Shown here: positions 16,481 through 28,496 of the stretch, piece by piece | Position numbering within the stretch: the stretch's first letter is position 1 | How the letters are laid out: every line of letters starts with the position of its first letter | Assembly (NCBI GenBank): GCA_964106915.2 | Contig: OZ066914.1 | DNA: 64,000 nt | Reading direction: 5' to 3' (one strand) | Origin: Podarcis gaigeae | Lineage: Eukaryota | The notes under the pieces: model-generated | Seen by the model: only the letters and a program-made list of their open reading frames with translations | What the model was told of the DNA's origin: nothing | Databases searched by the model: none | Position numbers and translations under genes: made by a program

Positions 16481-17012
16481 TGTTATGAGTTTGGAAGTGG
16501 GTAGGCTGTATGCCTGAGCCCTTCTTTTAATTCCTAGATCCAGCATGGATTCAGTTGCTGAAATAGCCAGGCCAGCCTGGTAATAGCCTTCTAAGTAAGA
16601 GTCCTTCAGGGAGCAAAGGGAGTGGCTCTGTGCCAGAGGGCAAATGGATGGGCCTTCCTTCCCTGGTTGGAAAGACAAAAGGACAGAGTTGAGGGTTGAG
16701 TTATGTGAACTAGAAGCTGGAGCCAAAAACAGTGGGTTGGAAAGCCAGAGAGAGCGAGAGAGTGCCAGGCCTGATTTCTGCTGGAATCTAAGGCTGTGGC
16801 TATGAGACAAGCAAGGCCTTCTAGGGGTGTTAATGCTGTGAACCCTTCCATTGTATGCTCAGGTTGTATATATGTGTAAATAAACCATATATCCTAAAGA
16901 CACTGCAGTCTCCACTGTGCCACATTCCCAAAGGAAACACAAACCCAGGGTAAATGAACCCCTAGAACCCCTGGAATCTTGCACTGCTCAGAAACTAGGG
17001 TGGCATGCAACA
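16481..17012 (+). mobile_element. Solo LTR (Gypsy/ERV type), 532 bp
   Basis: TGTT...AACA inverted termini, internal AATAAA at 16879-16884, near-matching 4-bp flanks GTTT/GTAT. Confidence 0.7.
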
Positions 17013-17568
17013 GTATTAAATGTGGGAGCAGAAAGGCACCAAGGAAGCAATGATTATAACAAACAAACCAAAAAGTAAAGGAGGCTAATGGAGCACCATC
17101 TTGCAGCTTCTCTCAGAAAGAAAAATAAGCACTGATTAATGATAGTGGATTAAATGTCAAAGTGCAATTTAATTGAACAGCTGGAAGTTAAAACCGGATA
17201 CATCCATATTAAAAGATAGATCCCAGGATTTAGCAGACTGTGCAGATTAATCATTGCAACAAGCTGCTGGTGGGAGGGAAAGAATGTAAATTTTCCATTA
17301 CTCATAGCCTTCAGACCAAACAGATTATTTGGTTATTTGTAATGTAATAGCTCCCCAGTATTACAATAGATTAGAGCATTCCTTAAATTATCTGAGGGAG
17401 GTCAGACTAGATGTTCTCACTGATTCTTCTGCTGTTGTAGACTAGATAGGCATGTCAGGTCCTTGACTAATCACTGCATTTGGTATAGCTCATTTGGATA
17501 CTTAATTTAACTTACAAAACATGTCCACATTTTGTCTATATGTATAAAGGAGAATTAAAGTCCCCTGA

Positions 17569-17736
17569 GGCTGCATACATACCATATATTAAAAGCATCT
17601 GACTTTCCCCAAAGAATTATGGGAACTGTAGTTTGTCCCTTGTGTAGCTACAATTCCCAGCACCCTTAACAAACTACAGTTCTCAAGATTCTTCAGGAAA
17701 AGTAACATACTTTCAATGCATGGTGTGTACAGAGCC
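17569..17736. mobile_element. Palindromic non-autonomous DNA transposon (MITE)
   Basis: Termini GGCTGCATACATACCA / TGGTGTGTACAGAGCC; internal inverted repeat GAACTGTAGTTTGT / ACAAACTACAGTTC. Confidence 0.6.
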
Positions 17737-18212
17737 ATAGAAACCTTCATCCTTTGTGCCATTACCAAAACAACGAGATTGAGGCTTCTGATCCAGTGGT
17801 AGACAGCTGTGCAGCCAACTCTGCTGTCTCTCTGCTTCTATCCACTATATAACTCTGAGCAGCACAAACTACCATTTCTGATGATTTGAAGAAGTTTATG
17901 TTTCTCATACTTCTGTAATTTGAGTACAGGAAACCAACTCTGTGTTCCAGTTCCTCTGTGATGCTTCATAATTCTCTCCCTGGGATTTGGAGGGAGTTTT
18001 GTGCCTCATAATTTCCTCCTCTGATTTATAGTCTCTGTATATAGTTGCTGGAACATTGCCTCCTCTTTTCCACCTCTCTGTTCAAATAAGGCCTGTCTTT
18101 ACTTCCCTCCTCGCAGGGGCCAACCGGAGGAAGCACCAGGCCTGCCCACTAGCTTGTCATGTGATGACTCCTTGTGACTCTCTTGTCCCGGGCTGAAGCT
18201 GTAACCAAAGAG

Positions 18213-21200
18213 ATGGAGGGGCTGCTGTGTGTTTTGATGGTGGTGTTGGGAGGCCTGCAACTCCAGGTAAGCAACAAGAAGGAGAACTGCAGGAGGGTGT
18301 TTCTTTGGAAGAAACAGCTGAGATGGAACCATCTTAGACTGCCTAGGGGAAATTTAAGGATTTCCTTTTCTGTTGCTTTAGATTCCCCACTTGCTCTCCC
18401 CCCCCAGTCAAACTGAGCTCAAGCTTTTCCTTACCTCTTCTTGGTTCCTTTCCCCCATCTATTATTTTGCCTGTTGTATAGGAATGGGTTCATATTGGGA
18501 GTTCCCCAATATGTAATCAAGCCATGCTGCTTAAAAAAAAAACCCATTCAGCCAAAAAAGGGCTGCAAGGGAGAGAGAGAAACTGGCTACATTCCCAACT
18601 GTCAGATGGTGAATTGGCCAGTAATGATGAGCAGTCTGTACTGTACTAGTGGAAACAATTTCAGGGGCAGGACCAAATGACAAAAAACTTTGTGTGTGTG
18701 TGTGAATATTTGCAGAGGGTAAAGCATAACATTGGAAGCAGAGAATTGAGTGGCTTCAAATTATGATTTAGTAAATGGGCCACACGTGAACCAGTGATGT
18801 GTGTGTGTGTGTGTGTGTTGGAGTCCTGGAGGGAGTGGGTCAGACTTGAACCTCAGGTGCAAATCTTGACTGGGATCTTAGAATTGATCTTCCAGGATCT
18901 GGAGAGGGATAACGTCTCATAAATCTAGGAGGATTCTTTTCAAAGCAATCACATTGCAGACTTACCCACAAAACAGTCCGTGTCAAGCTTACTAGCCAGG
19001 GAGATGACATAAATATCTCTTGCTATGGCAGAGGGGAAGAGGATGGCATTCTCTATTTGATCCTCTCAGCAGGAGATGGGATGAAGTTTCAATTTTATAC
19101 AAAAAATAATAATACTCTCTTTCCCCTCCTGTCCTGAATGCCAGGCCTCCTCAACAGACCGTTCCTTCCGCATTGATTATGTGAATAACTGCTTCCTCAA
19201 AGATGGTGCTAGATTTCGCTATATCTCAGGCAGCATCCATTACTTCCGTGTCCCACCTGCCTATTGGAAAGATCGGCTCCTCAAGATGTACATGAGTGGC
19301 CTCAATGCTGTGCAAATGTAAGTGACCAGAAGGGGAAGTGGCTCTTGGGACTTATTCTGTGCCACAGTGAATGACTGCGCACAGGTGCTCCATTTTTCTC
19401 ACTGTATAGTCCTCACTGCAGACTCTGGTCAACATTTAGAGCAGAGAAGCTTATGCTGTCTGAAGGTGGAGCTGGCCCAAGTTCCTTGCACTGAAAACGT
19501 GCGGCCCAGATGACAGATACATGAGCCTGTTCCAGTACAGCTTTCTTTTAAAATGGAATCACCTCCACTCTCATCCCAACCTGAAAGCTGAGGGAGAAAG
19601 ATTTCTGTTCATGCCCCCTCTGTTCCTTGTTATATTTAAATGTTTGGCCATACTAGGCTGAGAAGCAGTTGTAGATGAACTGCAAAGAAGGAAGATGGGT
19701 GGTGTTTCTGGCACCTATAATAATTACATCGCAGAGGAAATGTCAGTGGGGGTAGCTTATTATGCAAACTATACCTACTGAAATTCCCTCTTCTGCACAA
19801 CTATGAAAGGTGCAAGAGCTGTGTCCTGTTTTGGATCTGGTCAGCCTAGGCCATAAGTGTGTGCACTGGCAGAGGAAGAGGATTGCGGGGGGAGTGCACC
19901 GCCCCTGGCAACGCGATCCTGGTGGGGTGCCATCATGGCTGCTCGCCTGCGCTGGGTGCCACGCCCCTGCAGGTGGCATGCCACGCCCCCAGGATGCGCT
20001 CCAGCCCCGCCCCACCTGCTCTCCGTCCCCCAGTGCCAGAGCATGAAGCTCTGCCACTGAGTGTGTGTGTGTGTATAATTTTTTAATTTGTATACCAGCC
20101 TTCGTTTGTATATCTCAGAGGAATTCACAACATAAAATTACAATATAAAAAGAGTAACAAATTCTTGCCCTGTTAATCCTCAAGCATCTCTTGGGGTGTA
20201 TCCTCCTAGTCTCACCTTCTTATTTCAAACTGAAATATGTATTTTCACCCTTCAGCTATGTGCCCTGGAACTACCATGAGCCACAGCCTGGTGTCTACAA
20301 CTTTTCTGGTGACAGAGACTTGGAAAAATTTCTGAACTTGGTAGCCGAGTTAGACCTTTTGGTGATCTTGCGACCTGGACCCTACATCTGTGCTGAATGG
20401 GAGATGGTGAGTGCTGGGCAAAAGATTCAGATGGGCTAAGACTCACTTGCAGTACCTGAATGCTGCACAATTCACCTCTCTCACAATTCACACAGGGTTG
20501 CTAGTCATTGATCATTTTATCCTCTTTAACTCCTTACCTTGCCTTATCTCTCTGAGTTTTCAGCTTTGTCTTACCTTTCTAGGTTTTTAATCTTCTACTT
20601 TTTCTCTACATTATCTTTCCCAGTTCTTGATCTCTACACATTTTCTTGCTCTCATGGCTTCAGCAACTTTTTTATGATAACAAATCTGAAACCTACTTTT
20701 CCGACCCTGGATTCTTGCCTTCTGACCTTTCCACCATTTCTTATTGATTTGGAGCAGGAGAGGAGCAACTACGGGCCCTGACATTATTTGAACTGTTTAC
20801 CTCTTGACCTTCTTTCCTAGGGTGGCCTTCCATCCTGGCTGTTGACAAAGCCAGATATTGCCCTGCGCACAACTGACTCAGGTAAGATAGAACTAGAGGG
20901 AGGGGGCAGACCCTCTGGATCTCGTGTTCAATTCTGTAGATTTATTTATTTCATAAAATTATATACCACTTGACTGTAGAAAACCTCAGAATGGTTTGCA
21001 AAAAGATCAGGGGTGGGGAACCTGTGGCTCTCCAGATGCATTTGGATTCCATTTCCCATCCACCCCAGCCATCATTGTTCAGGAATGATCGGAATTATAA
21101 TCCACAAGATCTGGAGGGTTGTAAGTCCTAAATGGTTGGTGTCTTTGTGTGGTTCTGGCTGCTTCATATCAAGCTGTTAGAGGGCCAGTCATCTGGGCCT

Positions 21201-24200
21201 TCCAACTTCCATGTCTCTTCCACAGAATTAAAGCAGCCCATGTGAGTGGTATATAATGGCCAAGGGGCACTTTCAGACCTTTTCTCTGTATACAGTACCA
21301 CAATTACCAATTCTTGTCTTAGCAAGGTGTTGGAAATAGGGAAAAGGAGCCCCAGTTGTTGGCTGAGCAAGCTGATTCATGCTCCTAGATTACCTGCAAG
21401 CTATGGACAGATGGTTGGGAGTCCTGCTGCCCAAGATCAAGCCTCGTCTCTACCACAATGGAGGCAACATCATCAGTGTCCAGGTGCGTGCAGCATAGGC
21501 GCATTGTGCCCCTGGGCCTCTGGTTGCACCTTCAGCGGTTCCCTGATGTGAAACATGTACCATACTGAGCCTTAGGTAACTTATTATTGGAGTACAAGTG
21601 TATATAGACCAGGCTCTGTTTGGTGGATCTCAATATTTCAGTTAAAAACAAAGACAGAAGACTGCTCACTCCTGCCTTAAACCACTGCTTTGTGCCTGCC
21701 TCCCCCTGTCCAGTAGGAGGGACTTGTAAACAATAAAGCCCTTCAGGCATCCTTGGAACTTTCAAGAACAGTATTTTTTCCTCCTTTACAAAGAGCAGAG
21801 GTGCACCTATTTGGGTGACCAGCCTCCCGTGCAAATTGGATTGGGCATCATCCTGCAGATCTAGTGCTTGACAAGAGAGGCTCTATACAAAGACATACCA
21901 CACGCCTTTTTCTTTAGGCAGGGTGTGGGCTCTGAGTCACCTTTCTTTAATGCCAGCTGTTCCCCAGGCAGGTGGAGAATGAATATGGGAGCTACTATGC
22001 CTGCGACTATAACTACATGCGCCACCTCCTGGGTGTCTTTCGTGCCTCCCTGGGTGAGGAAGTTGTGCTCTTCACCACAGATGGCACCTCAGCATCTGAA
22101 CTCAAGTGCGGGACACTGCAGGGCTTATATGCCACGGTGGACTTTGGACCAGGTAGAGTGATGTTGGGTGAGTTCTGATGCGATTGGAAGGAGGTAGGAA
22201 GGAATCTTGCTTTGACTTCTGCTCCTTTCTTTGCCCTTTGACAGACGAAAACGTGACGGAGGCGTTTATGCTGCAGCGACTGTATGAGCCAAAGGGACCA
22301 CTGGTGAGATCTCTGGCCTTTCTGTGTAGAAGAATGGCATCTCATGCCTTAAATTATGCTTACTCCTTCCTTGGCACCCATCTCCAAAAATAATCTGGCT
22401 GCATCTTAACTGAGACATCTTCTGTTTTATTTCCACCCCTTATACTTGACTGCCATGACCCTTCTGTAGCAGTTTCCAAGGCAGCCAGAGAGTCATGCAT
22501 GTGAAATCCTCACTTGCCCCAGCAGTTACTGAGCTATGAGCTTGTAGTCCAATGCTTTCAGGAGTCTCTTGATAGGCTATAAACTGGCCTGTCTTCTTTG
22601 CATGAAAGCAAATTATTCCAGAGCCATAATCCCATTGCTGTGGACCTTATCACACAAAAATTGGTTGGAAGTTGCATATTGCCCAGTGTTGCAGTGCAAG
22701 CTACAGTCACACCACATAGCCTGTCCTGGGCATTGTAGGTGTGAGGTCTGGTACAATGAGATTCCAGCACACAGGAGGGAGCAAACTTGGTATTTCCTAT
22801 TCCCAGTACTTAGCAGAAGTGATAGAACTGATCTGACTGCTACTACTCCATAAATGTTTTAATTCTGCCTTCCTCCTAGGTGAATTCTGAGTTCTACACT
22901 GGCTGGCTGGATTACTGGGGTGAGGCACACTCCACAAAAAGTGCTAAGAAAGTGGCTAACAGCCTACAGAAGATTCTAGAAATGGGAGCCAACGTCAACA
23001 TGTAACCGTGAGGCCATAGGGGAGAGTGGGCAGTGGGGCACAAGGGACGGTACAGAGAAACAAGAGCTAGTGCCAAAATGCCAATCCATAGGTCTTTGCT
23101 GCTTCATCTTGTTAACTGTGAACCTCTCATTTTGCCTTAGAGGTGTGTGCGCACCACATTTTCAGGTCTTTTTTGGCCATTTCCCTAGCGGACAAAAATT
23201 CCCTTGCAGAACAAGAATAAGGTGATTGTCTTAGACAGTCCCCTAAGCCAAAAACTAGCACACTTCTATTCCAAAGCATTCCCCAACTGCTGCACCACAT
23301 TAGTTCACATCTATTTGTTTCCTATTCCACTGCCTGTCATTGCCCCTTTATTTAAATAGGAGGCTAACTCTTCCTGTGATATCTGACTTTCTTCCAGGTA
23401 TATGTTCCAAGGTGGCACCAACTTTGGTTACTGGAGTGGTGAGTTTCTGGCTCCTTAGGGCAACTAGGGAGACTTAGCTTCTGGCCAGATGATTGGGGGG
23501 CACATAAGAGGTGCTTTCTTCTCACACCTTCTCTATCCAGGTGCTGATTACAAGGATGGTTACAAACCCATAACTACTAGCTATGACTATGACGCACCAC
23601 TCTCAGAGGCTGGAGACCCTACTGACAAGCTGTATATCATCCGCTCAGTCATTAGCAAGGTAACAATACAGCCCTCTTCTATCAGTGGGTGGAATGCAGT
23701 TACTGAAGACATTTTCGATTGCCCAGGTTTTTGGTTCTTAACCTATATAGTTCTCTGGGTATGATTTATGACCTATTTTTGGTGCTAATCTTTTAATGAG
23801 GTGGAATCCTTTTTATTCTTGCTTTTGGAAAAAGATCTTCATACATTTTTATGCATATTTATTCTGTGTTTTTAAATGGTTGACAAGTTGTTCGGTATTT
23901 TGAAATATTTTGTAAATTGTTTTGAGACATTTTTGTAGAAAGTGCTGAATCAATGCAATAAATAAAATAAGCAGCCACCAGCCAAGCAGCAGATTTGAGG
24001 AGGAAGAGGGAACAAGTGTTTGAGAGACTGTGTGCGTGTGCACACGCACATGTGCATGTAAGAGGTTCTAACAGTATAACATCTTTACTCAAAAGTAAGT
24101 CCTACTCAGTGGGGCTTGTTCCCTGTTGCATCCATGCCATACATGGTTTGGAAGTTGTAGATGATGTACTTTAGCACAGGCACAGAAATACAAGGTACTT

Positions 24201-27200
24201 TTAGTTTCCATTATTTATTATTTTATCCTACCCTTTCTCTAAGCTCTGGGTAGCTTTGCAAGGTTCTCCTACCCCCTTTATCCTCACAAGATGCTGGTGA
24301 AATGAGTTAGCCTGATTGGTCTGCTGGTGTACTGCTTCTGACAGCAAAATGTTTTGAGCTGGCTTGCCTCCCTAACTTTGGTGTTTTCTTTTTTAAAACG
24401 TCAGTTTCAGGAGCTGCCCGCAGGACCAATGCCACCCCCTACCCCGAAGTTTGCCTACGGCTATGTATCCGTACCCCAGGTGAGTGAGAGCTAGAAACCA
24501 TTCCCTTACAAGTGCATGTCTTTAGTTGGATGATGGAGTGACTGCTCTCTTGTGGGCACCTTCCTGAACTTTCAGTGTGTTTCAGCTGAGGTGCAAGTTG
24601 GTAAGGCAGGAAAGCAAACTGGGGAGAAGTCTGAAGGAAGTGAAATGGGAGCTGGTGGAAAGCAGAGGAGCCTCTGTGATGATTGTATATGAGAGACTGC
24701 ACATGTAAAGATAGGTACAGGGCCTTCTTGGTGGTGGCACAACAGACTCATTTTTAGATTGTGATTAAAGTGGTTTTTATTTCTGAAAGCATTTTATGAT
24801 TGACTCTACAATCTTTATTTGTTTTCTCCTGGTTTTAGTGTTGCTGTATCCTTAGCTTTGGGGTGATAAGAAAATTAACAATAGCCATTTGGTTGGGTTG
24901 GGGGAAGCATACTTGAATAATTGAACAATTTAAAGGCAATAAATGAACCCATCATCTTTTCTGTAGCGTGTGGCCTTGCTGGATGTTCTTGCCATTCTCT
25001 CGCCTTCCTTGCCATTCTATTCCTCCTATCCTATCACCTTTGAAGCTCTGAAGCAGGTAAGAAAGTAGATTAAGAGTCTGGGTCAGCAAAGGCCCATGGC
25101 TATTTCTGCTTAAGAGTCCCCAGTGGGATTGCAGTTGACACCTCTTGTGGATTCTGTTCTGCATTCCAGGCCCATGGCTTCATGCTCTACCGGACCCTTC
25201 TACCACAGGAAATCGTGGAGTCTGCCTTGCTCAGTGCCTCTAGGAATGGGGTCCATGATCTTGCCTACGTTCTGCTCAATGGAGTAAGGTGGAGAGTGGG
25301 GACCTTCCTAGTGGGTAGGGAAGATTATTACTTAGGTAAACTGAAGGGTATAACAAGTCCTAGGTCCACACTCTGGTTCACTGCATTTTCATAGGATGGG
25401 TCAGAGCCTGGAGCACACAGGAGCTTTGCTTCAGCTCTGTCTTGGAGCACCAGCTAACCTTATTTCTTTCCTGCTTCAGGAGTACCAGGGGACACTGGAA
25501 AGAGACAGAGTGAATGGGATCAATATATCGGGCCAGCTTGGGGACACATTGGACTTGGTGGTGGAGAGCATGGGTCGCATCAACTTTGGGGCCAATGACA
25601 GTGACTTTAAGGTGCATTTGAAAAGGGAGCCTGGGGCTACTACTGCCAGAATAGTTGGCTGAAGGATAACACTTCCACTCTTGTCCATTGGAGGCATGCA
25701 TGGTTGGCATGGACTTAAAGGCTGCTGTCTCATACACATACGGGAGTAACTATGGAATTCAAACTGTAATACTGTACAATCATAATCAGCACATTACTAT
25801 GGCAACCACAGGAAGAAAAGTCATTAAGTGGTCCACCAAGGCACTCAGCAATTTTCAAGTGGTCTGTGGGGAACCACTGGACTAGAGTCTAATGAAATAA
25901 GCGAGGGCCTTCTCTGCGTTTTGGAATGTTGTATTGTGCTGCCTTAGGAAATGGACTACAGTAGAGCTGAAGTGGGGCAGTCCCACTTTTTAGCCGCTGC
26001 AATATCTGATGTGACTTAAGTCAATAATGTGAATGGCAAAATAGATCTAAGAATGAACACTCAGGGGTGTTGGGGTGCACTGCTGTGCTGGTTATTTGCC
26101 AGCTATCTACTCCACCATCTCCTCTTGTGGGTGCTTTTCTAACCTTATTCTCGACTGCACCTAACCTGCCTCTAACTTATCTTTGCCCAGGGTCTGATCC
26201 ACAATATCACACTGGGTACCTCCATACTCAGTGACTGGATTATCTACCCCCTAGACATAGACACAGCTGTAGCCCATGCATGGCCGCCAACTGCCCAGTC
26301 AAGCAGTGGGCACACAGGACCTGCTTTCTATACAGGAACATTCACAACGCCGGGCATCAGCGAGGACTCCTACTTGAAGCTCCCAGGTTGGACCAAGGTA
26401 ATGCAATCCTCAGATTAACTCCAATTTATTTAATTATTAAACTGATACCTGCCAGTATTCAAAACTCCCATTGTTCTTTTGTGACAGGGAATTTCATTAG
26501 CGCAAGCAGTTTCTGCGCTCTGGGCGTAGTACTGCACCTAAAATTTCAGATTAGAACTGCAGAGTGGAAGGAAAGGAGGACCATTTTCTGCCTCCCCACT
26601 TCCAGCTATTCTCTGAAGACTGGAGAAGAGACCCTCTTAAGAATATTGGGGGCGGGGGGCAGGGAAGGAGTAGACCATGTTAAAAAATGAATGTATTTTA
26701 GCTGCAGCTCATTCATTTTCAGCTTTGTATTGTTATAAAAAGGGTGCCTAGACATTCCGTTGTTGTGCCCATAACCTAGGTTTAAGATGCCATTTAGCTC
26801 CTAGCTTTCATCTCTGTTTCTAACACTAATACCTGCCCTTCCTCCTATGGCATCATAATGAGTAGACCAACCTTCATTGAGACAGCTATGTTCTTTCCCT
26901 CAGCTTTTCTGCTGTGTCTAGTTATGGGCAAAGGGGCCCCTGCCACCCAAACAGCTAGTTGCCACTCTTACACATTGATAATCTTAAAACAGTGGCTGGA
27001 GAAAGGGTAATAGTATCAAACTAGTAGTATTTAAGACCATGGAAATAAAGCCAGTCTGTGCCCACCTACTCCCTAAGAAATTGGGCTTAAAATCAGTGCA
27101 ACGTGTTTTGGAGGAAACATGTTTCCCACTGCACCCATCAAGCCGTGTTTGTTTCAAAAGATCTAGGCATAAATAACAGTAGATAAAAGTGGCTGTTGGA

Positions 27201-27495
27201 ACCCAGAAGAGTAGTGTTTCAGGGTGCTCCAAAAAATGTATTGTTTTATAAAAGCCCCTCTCACGTTTTCACCCAGGGTCAGGTATGGATCAATGGTTTC
27301 AATCTGGGCCGGTTCTGGCCAGTTCGTGGACCGCAGCAAACTCTCTATGTGCCTGGCTCATTCCTCAGTGGCTCAGCCATCAACACTCTCGTCGTTCTTG
27401 AACTGCAGGAAGCCCCAGATAATCCCAAAGTGCTTTTTGTTTCCCGCCCCCTTCTCAATGTTACCTACAACTACACCCACAAAGACAGGAAGTGA
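18213..27495 (+). CDS. GLB1L: Beta-galactosidase-1-like protein (GH35), 630 aa
   Basis: 16 coding exons: 18213-18266, 19145-19317, 20256-20406, 20821-20881, 21389-21483, 21972-22152, 22245-22303, 22880-23001, 23398-23438, 23541-23659, 24405-24479, 24967-25056, 25170-25283, 25480-25611, 26191-26397, 27277-27495; 1893 nt in frame. Signal peptide, [22 protein letters not shown], acid/base QVENEYG, nucleophile [17 protein letters not shown]. Confidence 0.94.
21008..21125. mobile_element. Palindromic ~130-bp MITE family copy
   Basis: GGGGAACCTGTGGCTCTCCAGATG ... GATCTGGAGGG. Same family as copies at ~576-690, 11115-11222, 34641-34757, 35242-35365, 35677-35808, 57778-57915 and 60547-60682. Confidence 0.7.
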
Positions 27496-28496
27496 GAGGA
27501 ATTACTGTCCAGCTACGAAGTTGCTGAGATCTGCACGTGTTACTCCAAGGGGAAGACTGAAACCATCACAATGTAGGAGGCAAATGAATAGAGGGCACTG
27601 TCAGATGAAGGTTCTGTGCTTTTAAAGAGTAGCCCAGGCAAAAAAACAAAACTAGAAACAGATTGTAAGTATTCAAAACCGTTCAGCGGAGTATCCTTCA
27701 CAGCTGCTGCTGTATAGGGCACATTACCATGGACAGACTCTTGGTGCCTTAATATGGTGTTTTAGGTACTGGACCTTGGATTAAATATTCATACACCTAC
27801 CACAGTTCTGCATTGTAGTTTATTCATTCACAATACTTTGAGAGGCTGGGGCAGGGGGAAGAGAAAGGTATGGGGAAAGGCAAATAAGAATGGCTCCAGT
27901 TGGAAGCTGCCCAAACAATGCAATGAAAATAGTGGTGGCGGCCATCCAAGGGGTGGCAGAGATTGATGACATGGCACAACAATACCCCCAACCTCTATGC
28001 GACATTAGAAGCAAAGGGAGAAATTCTCTGCACCACCTTAAAAAGGACATTTGTTGTATCTTGACTCATAAGCCTTCTTGTATAACTTGTTTTGCAGTAA
28101 CTTTTAGAGACATAGTCAGGGCTAGAGACTTAACATTGGTATACTTGGAGCTAGCAAAGAAACCAGTGTCTCACCCTCTTCTCTCCAGTCTCTAAAAGGA
28201 ACCTGTACTCCTTTCCTCATGGAAAGCAGTCTTCCAATGCCTCCTCCAACCCCATCTCCCATACATAAAATCTTGCTTCTAGTGTAAAAAGGAAGAAAAA
28301 GACCTTTTAGAGGTGTCATTTCTCAGCCAGTAAGGTACTAGCTGCCCAGGTTGGCCTCCTCTGGAGTACACGGAAGCAGCTAATATGTTTTTGCTGCACT
28401 TCCTCATCTAAGTGACAGCAGTCATAGACTAGATTTTTTATTTCCATTCAGATTCTAGGTAGTAGATCATTAAGGCCCAAATTTAAAAAACCCTAG

